Below, one piece after another: positions 44,700 through 58,454 of a stretch of DNA of 64,000 bases. The first letter of the stretch is position 1, and each line of letters starts with the position of its first letter. Origin of the DNA: Eledone cirrhosa (Eukaryota). The notes under the pieces are model-generated. The model had not been told where the DNA came from. It saw only the letters and a program-made list of their open reading frames with translations, and made no database searches. A program made the position numbers and the translations under genes. The stretch is from the NCBI GenBank assembly GCA_964016885.1, contig OZ024745.1, forward strand, positions 28,272,001-28,336,000, read 5' to 3'.

Positions 44700-46410
44700 G
44701 TCACTTGTTAATAACTCTGGGTCACTTGTTAATAATTCTGTTAATTTCTCTAATCGCAATTGTAATTGCCCTGTTAAAAATAAATGTCCTCTCAACAACC
44801 ATTGTCTTGAAAAAAACTTAGTCTATGAATGTAAAGTTATAACTGATGCCAATTCCTTTACCTATTTCGGTTCCACTTCCACCTCCTTCAAAGCTCGTTT
44901 TTATAATCACAATTCTTCTTTTAAATACCAACTTAAAAGAACCAACACGGCACTCTCAGAACTCATATGGTCCTTGAAAGACAAAAATATTAACTATAAC
45001 ATCTCTTGGAGGAAAGTTTGTTCTGCCTCTTCCTACTTGAATGCCTCCCTATCCAGAACGTGTAATCTTTGTTTATGTGAGAAATTTACCATTATATCTA
45101 ATTTAGATTCTATAATAAATAGACGCACGGATTTATTTTCTCTCTGCTTGCATAAATTCAACAGAAAATTCCATAAAGTATACAGCTAATATCTAATACT
45201 TTACCAGTTTAAAATCGTTTTTCTCAAAGGCTTATATATATATTTCTTTAAAAATATACCCATCTTTCTACCTTATTTCAATATTATTTATTATACATTA
45301 TATAATACTAGTTACTCATTCTATATCATTCCTATTTATCACTTTCCTTTCTTCCTCTTTTCTTTTAATTTCTAACCTCTAATCTGTACTTTTTCTTCCT
45401 AAATACTTCTCAATTCTTATTATTACTCACCACAACATTATCCACTCTTCCATCTTTCTTCATATCATTAGCCATAAAAATTATTATTACTTTTTAAATA
45501 CTTTATAGCATTACCTTTAAAAATCCTTCATAAACATAAACATTTTTTTGACGTTAGATTATTCCTCCTCAGTTCATTATATTTTTCTCCCTTTCATGCT
45601 CGTCTGACTTTTACATATTACATATCACAATACATAAAAACAAACTTAAACCCTAACTAATCTCCTTTATTACATTATATTATTACCATTAGAAAATACT
45701 TCATAAACTGCGCTCATTTGTAAACAAACTATTTACATATATTACGCATACATATTACATTACATAAAAACAAACTTAAACACTAACTAATTCCTCTAAA
45801 TTCATAATTCATCCACTCTTCTACTTCTTTTCACCTTATATCCTTAATAACATTAATATTTTTATTTTAATAATACATATTAACAATTTCTTTTCATCGC
45901 ACATATTATTAAACCCTTCAATATACAAACCTTAATTTAATATTATTCTTAATAATTTTTTTTCTTTTTCTCTTCATCAACTTTTTATTTTCAAATTCTT
46001 TTAAATTATATATTATCTTCCAACGGCTTTTTAACCTCTCTCTGTGAAACAATATATATTTTTTCTCAGTTATAAAGGCTATCTCTCTCTTTCTATCACC
46101 CATCTCTCCTCCTATCTCATCCTTCCTTATTATACTCCTCTCCCACCATTCTTTACTCTCATCTCCTCCTCTTTTTCACCCTTTCCAACCCCCCCCCCTC
46201 ACTTTTTTCCCCCAATATCACACATCAATCTTAAATTACTTTTCATATGTTGATTTAAAACTTCACTATTCACAAGTGTTTTTTAACCTTCATATCATGT
46301 ATCCCTATTTTATCTGACGAAAACGCAAATGTCATCTCATGATGATATTTGTTTTTGAAATGCGCATAATAAAATACATGGAACTCTTTTAACCATCTTT
46401 TGATCTTATA
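44700..46410 (+). mobile_element. 5'-truncated Penelope-like element: GIY-YIG domain (~44755-45189), 1.2-kb 3' region and hammerhead
   Basis: RNCNCPVKNKCPLNNHCLEKNLVYECKV..TYFGSTSTSFKARFYNH..CNLCLCEK; its terminus is repeated in reverse at 63972-64000. Confidence 0.88.
46306..46377 (+). ncRNA. Minimal type I hammerhead motif
   Basis: tattttat-CTGACGA-aaacgcaaatgtcatc tcat gatgatatttgtttt-GAAA-tgcgca-TA-ataaaata. Confidence 0.85.
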
Positions 46411-47440
46411 TTATATATATATATATGGTGGCTGCCAACTCGTTTTCGAGTACGGCCACTACTTTATATACATGTAGGAGAACCCCTACCGATGCGCTGA
46501 ACGAGTGTGACTTTTTAGTCCAGCCAGCGACTTGAAAACTCTGGTACAAACACTACACTTGTGACAATTATTGACACATAGTGCTGGGCCCATGGTACCA
46601 TGTGATGACAAGTGCAGAGAGATCTCCAGATACAAAGCAATGCCTGTGCCGTGAAGCTTTTATAGTGAGCAAAGGCACTGCACAAAGCCAGTCCCACTCT
46701 CTTAACCAAGATGATATTTACCAAAAAGAAGAACAAGTCAACATCATTGGATACCATCAGGGTTGCAGGTGTTATATCAGAGTTTTCCTTCTCCTAGAAT
46801 TCTGCCTTGACAAAGGCTAAGGGGTCATCTCTCCCGGTGATTTTGGATGGCCATTGACTCTTAAGAGTTCCTTTGCCCTTTGACAGGTTTTGTTTTTAGT
46901 CCTGCAGGATGTCCAAAGTCACCCTCCTCACCAAGAAACCTTGGTGGGGTTGCCAGTTTAGTCGCCAACGACCCGACCATGGGACAGGTTGTACTGGGAT
47001 ACATGTTACCAGTAGCACCAACTGGTGACCTGACACATATATATATATATGTATATACAAACACACATAAACACACCACCACGTCGATAACAAACATCAC
47101 TGCTACCAATGGCTTCGTCACAACACTTAAACAAGACTATCACCACCTCCGCCACCGTCATCACTTTACCACCACCACCAACACTGCCGCCGCCACATTC
47201 TGCTTACCTTGGTTACATTGCCAACACATATATATATGTGTGTGTGTGTGTGTGTAAGGGTGAAAGCAGCGATTCTTGCTTAAACTTTAATCTGTTATTT
47301 TAATAAATATTTGCTCTAGGGTTCTTATATATTTGATATATATTTATCCTTATCGAGCCCTCTTTGGATTTTAGTCTTCACATTTATTATTATTACTATT
47401 TGGCTCCCTCGGTTGAGCACTCTACTGACTTATATTCAAC

Positions 47441-49540
47441 ATGCAGAAACAACACCTGAATATTTCTACAAAGAACATACCCGTACCTAGCAGGAAGACT
47501 TACCTAAAACTTCTGATACAGAAAACGGATACGTTCCTTAAAAGGTTGCGTTGGCGGGCCTTTTATTTCGATACCCAGAAAAAGGCGGACAATAAACAGG
47601 ATAAATTTCGGTTTAAAACTTATAATAACCCCCCGAGTAACCCACCATTGCTACCCTTCGAAATCGATGTCTTGGATCTCATACACAGTATCAAATTTCG
47701 AAATAGGAGCAATTCCTTCCAGCAAGATATGAAGAATAGAATTCGTTCTATTAAGGATTCTAATGCCGTGCACGTCCACTCCAACAAAACTGGCAATCTA
47801 TATCAAGTGGAGCGCAGTACTTACCATCAACTGTTACAAAATGATGTAACTAAGGATTACCAGAAAACCAATCGGAGTGTCATTAATGACATCAACGATG
47901 CTGGGTTTAAAATCACTTCTGAACTCAACATCCAGAACCGGACTGAACCTCTGGGCACTATTTCTCCCCACTTTACTCTGAAGGATCACAAACCCAATTT
48001 TGCCAACAACCCCTCTATTTGGCTAATTAACCCTACGAAGTCTGATTTAGGTAGACTTAGTAAAAGGATTTTAGATAGAATTATACCTGAAATTAAAAGC
48101 TTGGCCTCTCTTGCATTGTGGAATAATTCTTTCGCGGTGATTGATTGGTTCAACGGCATATGCAACAAGGAACATTGCCGTTTTATCCAATTCGACATAA
48201 ATAACTACTACTCCTCCATCACTTTACCAATTCTTCTTAGGGCTATCAATTTCGCTAAAATGCTCACGGTGGTTAAGGATTTCGAAGTTGATGTCATGCT
48301 CAATGCCCGTAAATCGGTGATTAATTTTGACGACTCTATTTGGATAAAAAAATCTAATAGTACCCTATTTGACGTGAGTATGGGTGCCAGCGATTCGACG
48401 AAGGTTACAGATCTTATCGACCTCTTCCTTCTTTTCTCTATCAAGGAAGTATTCCCCAATGTGGGCGGTGGTTTGTACCACGATGACGGTCTTTTGACCA
48501 TAACAAAGTGCTGTCCACGCGCTGGCGGCAGTTTCAGAAAAGAACTTACAGCCTTCTTTAAAGGCTTCAACTTCTCCATACAGGTTGAGGCCAACCTCTC
48601 GGTCGTTAATTACCTCGACGTTACCCTCAATTTGTCGAATGGCTTGCAGTACCCGTATAGAAAGCCGAATGATATGCTTAATTACATAAGCAAGCATTCT
48701 AACCATCCTGCCAGCATAACCAAGAACCTGGTAAGAAACGTTTCTTTGAGGCTTTCCAGTCTATCTACAAACGAGCATATTTTCACCGACCATTCCACAT
48801 ATTACAATGAAGCTCTTGCTCGGAGTAGATTTGTCGATAAGGTAGCATATACTAAGTATGAGCATAGACCAAGGAAAAATAGATCCCGACGCATTATATT
48901 GGTATAACCCACCATATAATATGGAGGTGGCCACACCATTAGCTAAGATCTTTCTCTCCCTTGTTAAGAAGCATTTCCCCTCAACACATAAATATAATAC
49001 ATTTTTTAATAGAAATACCATTAAAATATCTTACTCTACGACCCCTAACTTTGCACATAACATCACTGCTTCAAATTTAGCTAAATTACCTAGCCGTAGG
49101 AACACGTGCAACCCTGTAGCTAGTACTAACTGTAATTGTAGGAATCAGGTTGACTGCCCTCTATCCGGGAAATGCCTCTCCAGTAACATTGTCTAAAAAT
49201 GTAAGGTCGAAACACCCACGTCTCGTAGGGCCTACATAGGGTTAACCGCCAATAGATTCAAGCAGCGTCTTTACATGCACACCCATTATTTTCTTAACCC
49301 TTTAAGAAGGAATATGACGTCACTTTCAGCTTATATCTGGAGTCTAAAAGACAACCACGCCCAATATAGGTTACACTGGGAGATCCTAGCTAAGGCTAGA
49401 TCGTTTGCGCCGCTGAAGCCCTAGAAATACGCCAATGACCACATGTTAAACAAAGAATATGAAGCAATTTCGGCTTGTAAACACAAATAGCATAAAACTT
49501 TCCTGTATTACAGCCCCACATTATACTCTAACGGATAGTA
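47441..49540 (+). pseudogene. Penelope-like RT + GIY-YIG polyprotein, frameshifted near 48890 with later TAA/TAG stops
   Basis: LRWRAF, NKTGNLY, TLKDHKPNF, FIQFDINNYYSSI, DVSMGA, GLYHDDGL, YLDVTLNL, WYNPPY, CNCRNQVDCPLSGKC, AYIGLT..FKQR. Confidence 0.92.
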
Positions 49541-50448
49541 CCAACAATACGCAGATAATTTACGTCTTGATGTGGTAGCTAAGTATATTTTATGTTTATA
49601 CCATTACTTATTTGTACAGGTAAGTATATCTTACCCGCATGTTTGTGAAGGTACGTATACTTTCTCGTTCGTATATATGCTTGTATTTGTTATAGGTGTA
49701 TATATCATATTATATATACTGGTATATGTGTATATGGTTATGTCTATATGTGTATTTTGTGTTTGTGTATGTATGCGTGACTGTGCGTGTTTGCGCGTAT
49801 GTAAGATGTGTATATGTGTACATTGTGTTTTGGTTGACGTACGTTTGGTGCACATATGTGTATTTACCTGTAGGTATGTGTGTGCGTGCGCTATATACGT
49901 ATTTATGTGTGTATATTTATATACGTTTATATAATTATATGTATACACACACACACACATATATATATTTGTTTTATGTGTATTTGGTGTATACGTTCGT
50001 ATGTGTGCGGGTATTGGTGTCGCGCGGGTTCATGTATATGTGTGCGTGTTTATGTGTACGTGCATATATATGCATGCATGGCGGGTGTTTTCGTGTATGC
50101 ACGTGTTTGTACGTATATGGATGCGTGTGTGTATATATTTATTTATTATTGATTTTAATAACCTCTGTCATTTTCGTTCTACTAATTTATTTACATTATT
50201 CTTAACTCTGAAGCCGAGAATCATTCGGTTTCCTAAATAGAATATTAGTCTACGACTTCATTTATACCATAAACGTGGTTTTGTCTTTGCGTGTAATTGT
50301 TCTCTTCTCTCCGCATAACGACGTATTATCTTCGCTTTTTTCCGTTCATTGCCAGGGAACGTCTTCACGAACCAAAGTCTTCCTGTTTTCCTTCGGTTGC
50401 AACGTTTTTCGAAATATTTACTTCTGCGTTCACAGATTCATGTTTTTA

Positions 50449-50499
50449 ATTTCAGAAGATCCCGTTAAGGGTGAAAGCAGCGATTCTTTGCTTAAACTT
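50449..50499 (+). ncRNA. Hammerhead-like motif with variant core CAGAAGA (also 30783-30832 +, 30328-30377 -, 53379-53429 +, 57456-57506 -)
   Basis: ttt-CAGAAGA-tccc gttaa gggt-GAAA-gca..tgc-TT-aaac. Confidence 0.65.
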
Positions 50500-50589
50500 T
50501 AATCTGTTATATTAATAAATATATATATACATCCATACCTAATTCAACAATGGAAAGGTTACGCTTTTATTTATTTATATAAGTTCACT

Positions 50590-50693
<104 letters not shown>

Positions 50694-50791
50694 ACATATT
50701 AAACTTATGCCAAAATCTGAATTTAAAGGACTATAAATCAGACCAACTAAAATAAAGTTAGTCCAGTATTAGAGACAAATAACCTTTCAAT

Positions 50792-50918
<127 letters not shown>

Positions 50919-50938
50919 TATATATATATATATATACA

Positions 50939-51010
<72 letters not shown>

Positions 51011-51036
51011 TATATATATATATATATATATATACA

Positions 51037-51114
<78 letters not shown>

Positions 51115-51422
51115 ATGTGTGTGTGTGTGTGTGTGTAATGGGTCCTGCATCGAATTCTACGAAGATCCTTCCTTTGGTCGCTCAACTGAGTGTCCTAATC
51201 GTTAAATGACTGTCTCCATGGCTGAGTATGTCATACACATATGTACGTTTGACATAATGTTCGAGTAGAATCAGTTTGACACAGAACGACAAAGTTGTAC
51301 CTTTAAATTAAACACACACAATGACATACACACACATACACTCACACACTGACACACACACATTGACAGTCACACTCACATTGACACAAACATTGACACA
51401 CACATACTGACAAATACGCATA

Positions 51423-52221
51423 TATCTGTATATATGTAAAATCAAGTATGTGTGTCTGTATATTACCTATAGGGGCCTACATCTTACGACCGATGTTCCT
51501 GAAACTTTACAGGCTCATAGATTAGTCATCGCGGAGTGTTTTCTATATATCATCGTATCGTTTTTTTTATTCCGGGGTCATTCTGCAGATAAAAATCGAT
51601 AGGGATGTCATCTTTTTTTAGGTATCGAAAAATAAGATTTTTGGCTCTAGCTCCCACATTTTGCCACCGATTTCGTTCAAATTTTAAAGCAAAATAGAAT
51701 TTATCATTGCATATCCTGTAATGGCTTTATATTTTGCATTTGTTGTTCAGGGATGGCGTGGCAACCGCTTAAATATTCAAAAATACCACTTTTAGACTCA
51801 AATTTCCACTTTTTCGGCTCTAGCTCCCACATTAATCAACCTACTTTGTTCAAATTTACACTACGTTAGATCTGATTATTTCACGTCTTAAAGCGGCTTT
51901 ACATTTTGGATATTTTGTTCAGGAATGGCGTGGCAGCCGCTTAAATATTCGAAAATACCACCTTTTCGCTCAAATTTCCGCCTTTTCGGCTCTAGCTCCC
52001 ACATTTTTCAACCGATTTTGTTCAAATTCGAAACTCCCTCCCCTAGCATGCCCCTTCGTCAGTCACCCGCGTTTCTCAGTGATAGAAGTCATCACCGCCC
52101 TCCTCCGCATGACCTGTGTGTGGCCATAGATGAGTCATCGAGAAGCAGGCACTAAGATCAACACCTTTTCATCAAAGCAGATATTTTACCTACCCAGGCA
52201 ACGCTGGGTACTGCTGCTAGT
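51423..52221 (+). mobile_element. Non-autonomous Helitron with internal ~180-bp triplication
   Basis: 3' hairpin cccag-gcaacg-ctggg then CTAG-t; ggctctagctcccacatt occurs three times (51643, 51816, 51988). Confidence 0.75.
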
Positions 52222-52419
52222 ATATATATATATTTATATAAAGTATGTATATCCCATATAAACTGACATTTACATTATATGTAAACCCATTATAGATATA
52301 AATGAGAAACAGGTCAACTGATTTATATTTTCTGTATGTAATTGCTGTATATATAATATATACTATCACCTTACGTTGAAAAATTTTGGCAGTTGCTACA
52401 TACATACATAAATACATAC

Positions 52420-52542
<123 letters not shown>

Positions 52543-53311
52543 AAAATGTGTGAGATCCTTGGTACAGTTAGGTATATTTAAAAAAAAGGAAAATAATGAC
52601 TTCACTTGTACTGTTAACATTTTTTTTTTTTTTAATAATATTATAATATTATGAGTTGGTAGATCCAGTAAGTTCTTTGTTAACTTCGGTGGGAAGAATT
52701 TTAAAGATTCCTGGTTAACTTGGGTTGGAGAACTTTCTCGCATTCGTCTGTCTGTGGTGTGGTGTTAATGAGTGTTGATGATGAAGGTCCGGAGGAATTA
52801 AAGCATACATACACACACACACACACGTACACACACACACATACACACACATATATATATATATACACTCAGAAAATGGTGAGGTTGTAAGATAAGGGTG
52901 TTTGAGAAGGTGGTTGTAAACATACTCTCCTGTTGGTTTTATTTCATTAGCTGACCTTTGATGAATATATAATGGCATAGCTGAATCAACTCTTCCAAAT
53001 CCATAAAGAATATCTTCTACAAATTTCTATATCAAAGATGAATTTAGGTGCTTGTCTGGGTTTTAATGAGGTGTAAGATACATGTCTTTTGATAAGAATG
53101 GGATGACAGGAAAAGGAGAAAAGAAGGATAGTTTTGGAACATTTGTCAAAGATGTGTTGTTGATATTGGGTTAGGAGAGGAAGTGTGTGTGTGTGGGGGG
53201 GGGGGGGATGCTGGCTCACATATTCATTTCCCTATATGTAAATATATCTACAGTCCATATATATTACATACAAACACATATCAACACATACATACACATA
53301 TATATACACAC

Positions 53312-53381
<70 letters not shown>

Positions 53382-53463
53382 TTCAGAAGATCCCGTTAAG
53401 GGTGAAAGCAGCGATTCTTTGCTTAAACTTTAATCTGTTATTTTAATAAATATTTATATATAG

Positions 53464-53515
<52 letters not shown>

Positions 53516-53723
53516 TTCTTTATTTAACATAAAGGCATAAAAAGAAGGGACAAATACAAATTTTGAGTTTACATAAAACCGAGTATAAAATGAAAATAAT
53601 CGAAAACAACCTCAAAAGGGAGGGTACGTGATGGGGGTTGCACCCCTCCCCCCCGAAAAAGTGTGCAATCCTTTGCCCGGGGAGCACATGGAGAAGGTGC
53701 TCCCCTCTCCTTCACTTCTTTAC

Positions 53724-55373
53724 CTACAGGATGGTATACAGAGAAGGCCCATTTACACGAGCCATTCTCGCCACTATCACCCACCTTTCATAAAACTGCC
53801 TGTGGCCAAGCACCTCTCTCTCCATTCTTATCCTTCTTCCGAAGTGATATCGGAAGAAGTAGACCAGACTATGGCCAGAGAGGAAGTTGCCTGACCTCAG
53901 ACCTTTCAATCGTGTCCACCAAACAACCTCTTTCAACATGGCTATTACGCACAGAAAAACCGCCTTTGCTTCCTTTGTGAAGAGGGGAGGCGGCTTGATT
54001 GTCATCACGGACTCGGCGGTCAATCGAATCGGCGCCACCCGCGACAGCAGTCGTTCGGCGTAGCCCCACAGATCAGCCACGCCCGGACATTGCACCAATG
54101 CGTGCGCAACGGTTTCTTCGTGACGCACGCATCTGGGGCAAATCTTTTTCGAGGGATCCCTGCCCGGGCGCCCGTGTCTGTAGAGCTTTTCTCGAACGGG
54201 TAGAGCCCCCCGGTAGCACTGCCAGGCTAGTGACTTCTGGAAGTTGTCCATTGGTCCCGGGCCGAAAGTCCTACCGAACAGGCTGGCCAGTTCGTCCTCT
54301 TCCATGTCCAGCGACTCTCCAAGGGTGTCATCGCCCCTGCTAGCCACCAGCCCTCTATAGAATGACGAGGTGGATTCTCCACCGATGGCCGGGTCCGCTT
54401 GCCAGAGAGCCCTGAGCGCCTGGGCACACTCAGTGTGCCAGTCTCCCAGTTTTCCGGATCTTTGCTTGATCCAGGACTGCAGCTCGGTGAGCGAGACGAG
54501 TCTCGGAAAGGCTCGTTTCACGAACGGAGCCCACACCGGTTGACCAGTGAGGAATACCTGTAAGTGCCGTAGCCTTAATGCGTGCCTACGCATCATCAAC
54601 CACGGCATCCCCAGCCCTCCTTTCGAAGGTTGTTGGCAGCAGATGGATCTTCTCACCATAGGAGGGCGCTTCTTCCAAAGAAATTGAAAGAGCTTGCGTT
54701 CCATGGTGGTGAGTGTTTCCTTAGGGCAAGGCACGACAGTCAGGCGTTAGTAAGTGACGGACGCTATGTATATGTTCGCCACCTCCGCCCGACCTTGGTT
54801 CGTCCAAGTCCAGGTTGGTCAGTTGGAAAATCTAGTCGATATCTATCGACCAAGTTAAAACGGTCGAGTAACCCCTTGAGGCTGTTACATCCCCCCTCTA
54901 TTAGGACATGCTCCTGCATAGTCCAAACGTGCATCTAGGATGTCATTCCAATCCCCCGCTAGAAGCAGGGAACGCGACGTTCCCAGAAAAGTCTCCAGAC
55001 GCTGGAAGAAGTCGGGCCGTTCAGCTCCGAAAGGGGAGTAGACGGCGACCAGTCTCAAGGCCGCACCTTCACTACTGCCAACGTCTAGCACCAACAAACG
55101 ACCTTCCGGGTCCGAGTGAACAATCTCTACGGCGAGACCCAGGTGTTTTTCCAACAGTACGACAACCCCACCCCCACCTCCAGGTTGACAGAGAGATGCA
55201 TGCACCTCAAAGTCATCGAAGGTAGGGGCCAGCTGCCGCACGACGCTGATCCGAGTCTCACAGATAACCATTACATTTATAGCACGTGACCTGAGGTCAT
55301 TTAGAAGCTTTGCTTGCTTCCAAGTTGAGCCCAGGCCACGTGCATTCAAACATCCTACTCTTAACACATCCAT
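53724..55373 (-). pseudogene. Deleted ORF2: partial AP endonuclease fused to the post-RT region
   Basis: The junction near 54795 reads PTWTWTNQ-GRAEVAN; no RT motifs are present. Confidence 0.85.
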
Positions 55374-55433
55374 TTGGGCGGCAAAGCCAAAGGAGAGTGT
55401 AGAGACCTACCTTTCTGATTCCCGGGGTTCGGG

Positions 55434-57190
55434 TCACACGACTTCCATGGGGTTGGGGGTGTTGGGTGAAGAGGTGTCTTGTGGTGGTGTGGGGTCGTCA
55501 GTGTGTGGTGGGGTTGGGGTGTTTGGAGTTGTGTTGGGGAGGGGAAGGGGAGGGGGAAAGCTTTTTAGGAGGACGCAGTTTATGGGTTTGACAGAGGGTG
55601 GTCCTACGTCCTCCTTAAAATCCTTTTTTAGTTTTTGGTAGAGGTTCATTGGGATTTTTATTAATTTTAAATGTGGGTAGTTTTCTGAAGAAACAAAGTT
55701 TACCCCTTCGGTTTGTACCGAAGGGTTATTGTTTATGAGTTCATTTAATTTATTATTGTTTCTGTTGATGTAAGTATAGTGTAATGCCTTTTTTTCGGAT
55801 GGTGTGAGTGTTTCGAAGAGGGGAGGGGCAGGTTTGGTTTTGTTTGTTGCTGGAGGGGTGTTTTGTGTTTTGTTGGATTGTGTTGACAATTGGGTAGGGG
55901 TTGTTTGGCATTGTGTGTTTTGCACATGTTTTCTTTTTTTCCTTTTAATCTGTCTGAAGAACTCCGTTTCTTCCTCCGAATTCGTTGGGTTATCTTCAGT
56001 GTTGGATGGAAGAGGTATGTTTGCTGGTAATGTTTCCGTGTTGGTTTTCTTTGTGGGGGAGATGGATGTCACTATGTTAGACTGTGTTATGTGTTGTGGC
56101 TGCGGTGGTTGTGTTGTTTTATTGGGTGAGGGGTTGGGTGGGAATGTGTTTTGTTTTTGGGTAATGTGTTGTGACTGGATGTGTTGTGGTGGTGGTGTAG
56201 TTTTACTGAGGGACGGGTTGGGTGGGACTGAGTTTTGTTGTTTGTTTATCTGTTGTGGTGGTGGTGGAGCTGGTGTTGGTAGCAGGGTTTTCTTCTTGTT
56301 GAGTTGGGGACAAGCCGCCTTCAGGTGCCCTCTGCCTGCACAGATATGACAGGACGGCCTTCTCCCTTCCACGCTGATATTTATATACCCGTGGCCCTCT
56401 AATAGGATTCTGTCGGGTATTTGGGCAATGCGTTCAGGCTTCATTTGCGCTACAAGTTCTATACCTGTTCCACTGAACGCATTGCCTGTGGTTTTCCCAA
56501 TGGAAATCACGTTGTCATTCGCTGGATCGATGAAGCCAGCTATGAGCCAGCAGTAGTCCACATCTGGCATCATCGCATCCAGCCATGTGCGCTGAGTTCT
56601 TTTACCCATATAAGATGGATAAAAGGTAAAATTTGTCGAACGAATCGGTGACAAAGCATATTTTTTGCCGCTGATTCGTTCTTCATAATAATCGCTAGGC
56701 TTCCATACAGCCTGTCTCTTCTTATGAAAGTGGCTTCATTAAGTACTTCTGTAAGTACTGCTTTAATTTCTGCTTGTGTTGGTTGTTGAGGTTTTTTTGA
56801 GATGTTGTTGATGGTGCGGAAAACGACCGTCCGACTTTCAATATCTTTGGTGAGTTCTTGGGGCATTTTTACCGATAAGGTTCCATTTTCCCCTTGAGTT
56901 ATGTATTGTTTGGCGTTTTTTATTCTTTGTGCCACATCTGAAATATTTTCAGGTATATATGTTAAAGATTTCTTTGTTGTTTGTGCAAATGAAATATTAT
57001 TGGTGTTGACTTTGTCGTCTGCTTTGCTTTCTGTTATGATGTTGTTTTCAAATGTTATTTTTGTGTTTGTTGTTTCTTTGTTTGTGGTATTAATATTGTC
57101 ATGCAATTCTTTCAAGTTTTTTTTGTTGTTGGAATCAATCTCCAGATTTGTGTTTTCGTCATTTTTCTCCGCACATTCATCTGTTTTCAT
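55434..57190 (-). pseudogene. LINE ORF1 (gag-like, CCHC knuckle, Pro/Gln/Thr-rich tail), one frameshift near 56650
   Basis: VEGRRPSCHICAGRGHLKAACP; overlapping ORFs 56570-57190 and 55434-56654. Confidence 0.85.
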
Positions 57191-57340
57191 TTTATCTTTT
57201 CTTTCCTTCTCTATGACGTTAGTTGGGAAGGAAGGGGGGACTAAAGCGTGGGGATCAAAAAGTTAAATTCTTTATGTGCATAACACTTCCTGAAATATAA
57301 GTAATACACATGTAAAGTTTGAAAAAGATCGGTTGGGTAC

Positions 57341-57395
<55 letters not shown>

Positions 57396-57439
57396 ACGCA
57401 CACACATCCTTCCTCAGTTTTATATATACATATATAGAT

Positions 57440-57700
57440 TAAAATAACAGATTAAAGTTTAAGCAAAGAATCGTTGCTTTCACCCTTAACGGGATCTTCT
57501 GAAACTAAAAACATCAATCTGTGAACGCAGAAGTAGATATTTCGATAAACGTTGCAACCGAAGGAAAACAGGAAGACGATACTTTGGTTCGTGAAGTCGT
57601 TCCCTGGCAATGAACGGATAATAGCGAACATAATGTTCGTCAGAATGTCGTAATGCAGACAGCCAGGCATACAGACAGATATTATAAGAGCGCGACGGAG
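57440..57700 (-). mobile_element. pLTR fragment of the 47-kb Penelope-like family, between two Helitron-like 5' ends (57290-57439 and 57760-57861)
   Basis: Reverse complement of 50340-50515; both flanks show aagtttgaa..atcgg and tcagttttatatat..agat. Confidence 0.7.
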
Positions 57701-58454
57701 ATAGATAACCGGCGCCTAACACCCCTTTAACAACAGAAAATTGAAAAATAAAAGCTGCAGTTAATATCTTTAGACCGCAAGGAATATATAAATGCAAGTT
57801 TGAAGTCAATCGGAGTAGAAATGTGGACACGCACACAGACATCAGTTTTATATATATAGATATATGAAGCGTCTTGCCCAAAGGCGTAATGCGCCGTCCG
57901 GTCTAAGAATCAAACCCACGACCTTATGATCATGAGTTCAACATCCTAGCCACTAGGCCAACATCTTCACAGTTTTTATGTCTAGTAAAATATCAAACAT
58001 CTACGCCGTGTTGCACGAGACAGGTAAATGTGAAGTCTGTAAACTGTGGAGTAAATATTGAGATGATGACATAATTGCTTTGTGTCATTCAGAAAACACT
58101 ATCTCTTTAAAATATTGCCTTTACCTTTAGCTATAATGTTTTTGTTTTTTTTTACCAAACCCCTGAAACTGGACACAAAACTGTTTGTTTTACAGAGCTT
58201 GTATTCATCTAGAAATCCTTCCATTATAATTTTATGTAAGAACTTTTAAGTTATGTTGCAAGCATCAGGTTAACTCTTTTGATACGAAACCACGCCTCAT
58301 TTCATGGTACAAAACTGTTTGTTTTAAATTGTTTGTATTTATTACAAAAATCCTTTCATCATAATTTTATGTCACAACTTTTGTTAAGTTATGTTCCAAA
58401 CACCAACTTCAAACATAATTATTATAGCAGTGTCAATATTATTATTTAGCTTCC

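Larger units (their letters stand above)
47257..50520 (+). mobile_element. Near-complete Penelope-like retroelement with direct pLTR overlap (possibly Naiad-like)
   Basis: aagggtgaaagcagcgattct..ttaataaata at both ends (47257-47310 and 50467-50521), enclosing RT and GIY-YIG. Confidence 0.92.
53514..57265 (-). mobile_element. Tx1/L1-clade LINE with ORF1 and an internally deleted ORF2 (RT core missing)
   Basis: ORF1 57190-55434; APE start 55373 (GCLNARGL, ICETR, VYSP, GDWN); C-terminal region 54790-53724; tail aataaagaa next to (ATAG)n. Confidence 0.9.

Noticed and set aside
46845-47035. HDV-like ribozyme in the repeat shared with 26735-26925
   Set aside because: Hairpins are present but I could not assign the nested double pseudoknot by eye; it needs a descriptor search.
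47441-49540. Selenocysteine recoding as reported for some Naiad PLEs
   Set aside because: The stops seen are TAA/TAG at non-Cys positions, and the conserved Cys codons are TGT/TGC in all three GIY-YIG copies.
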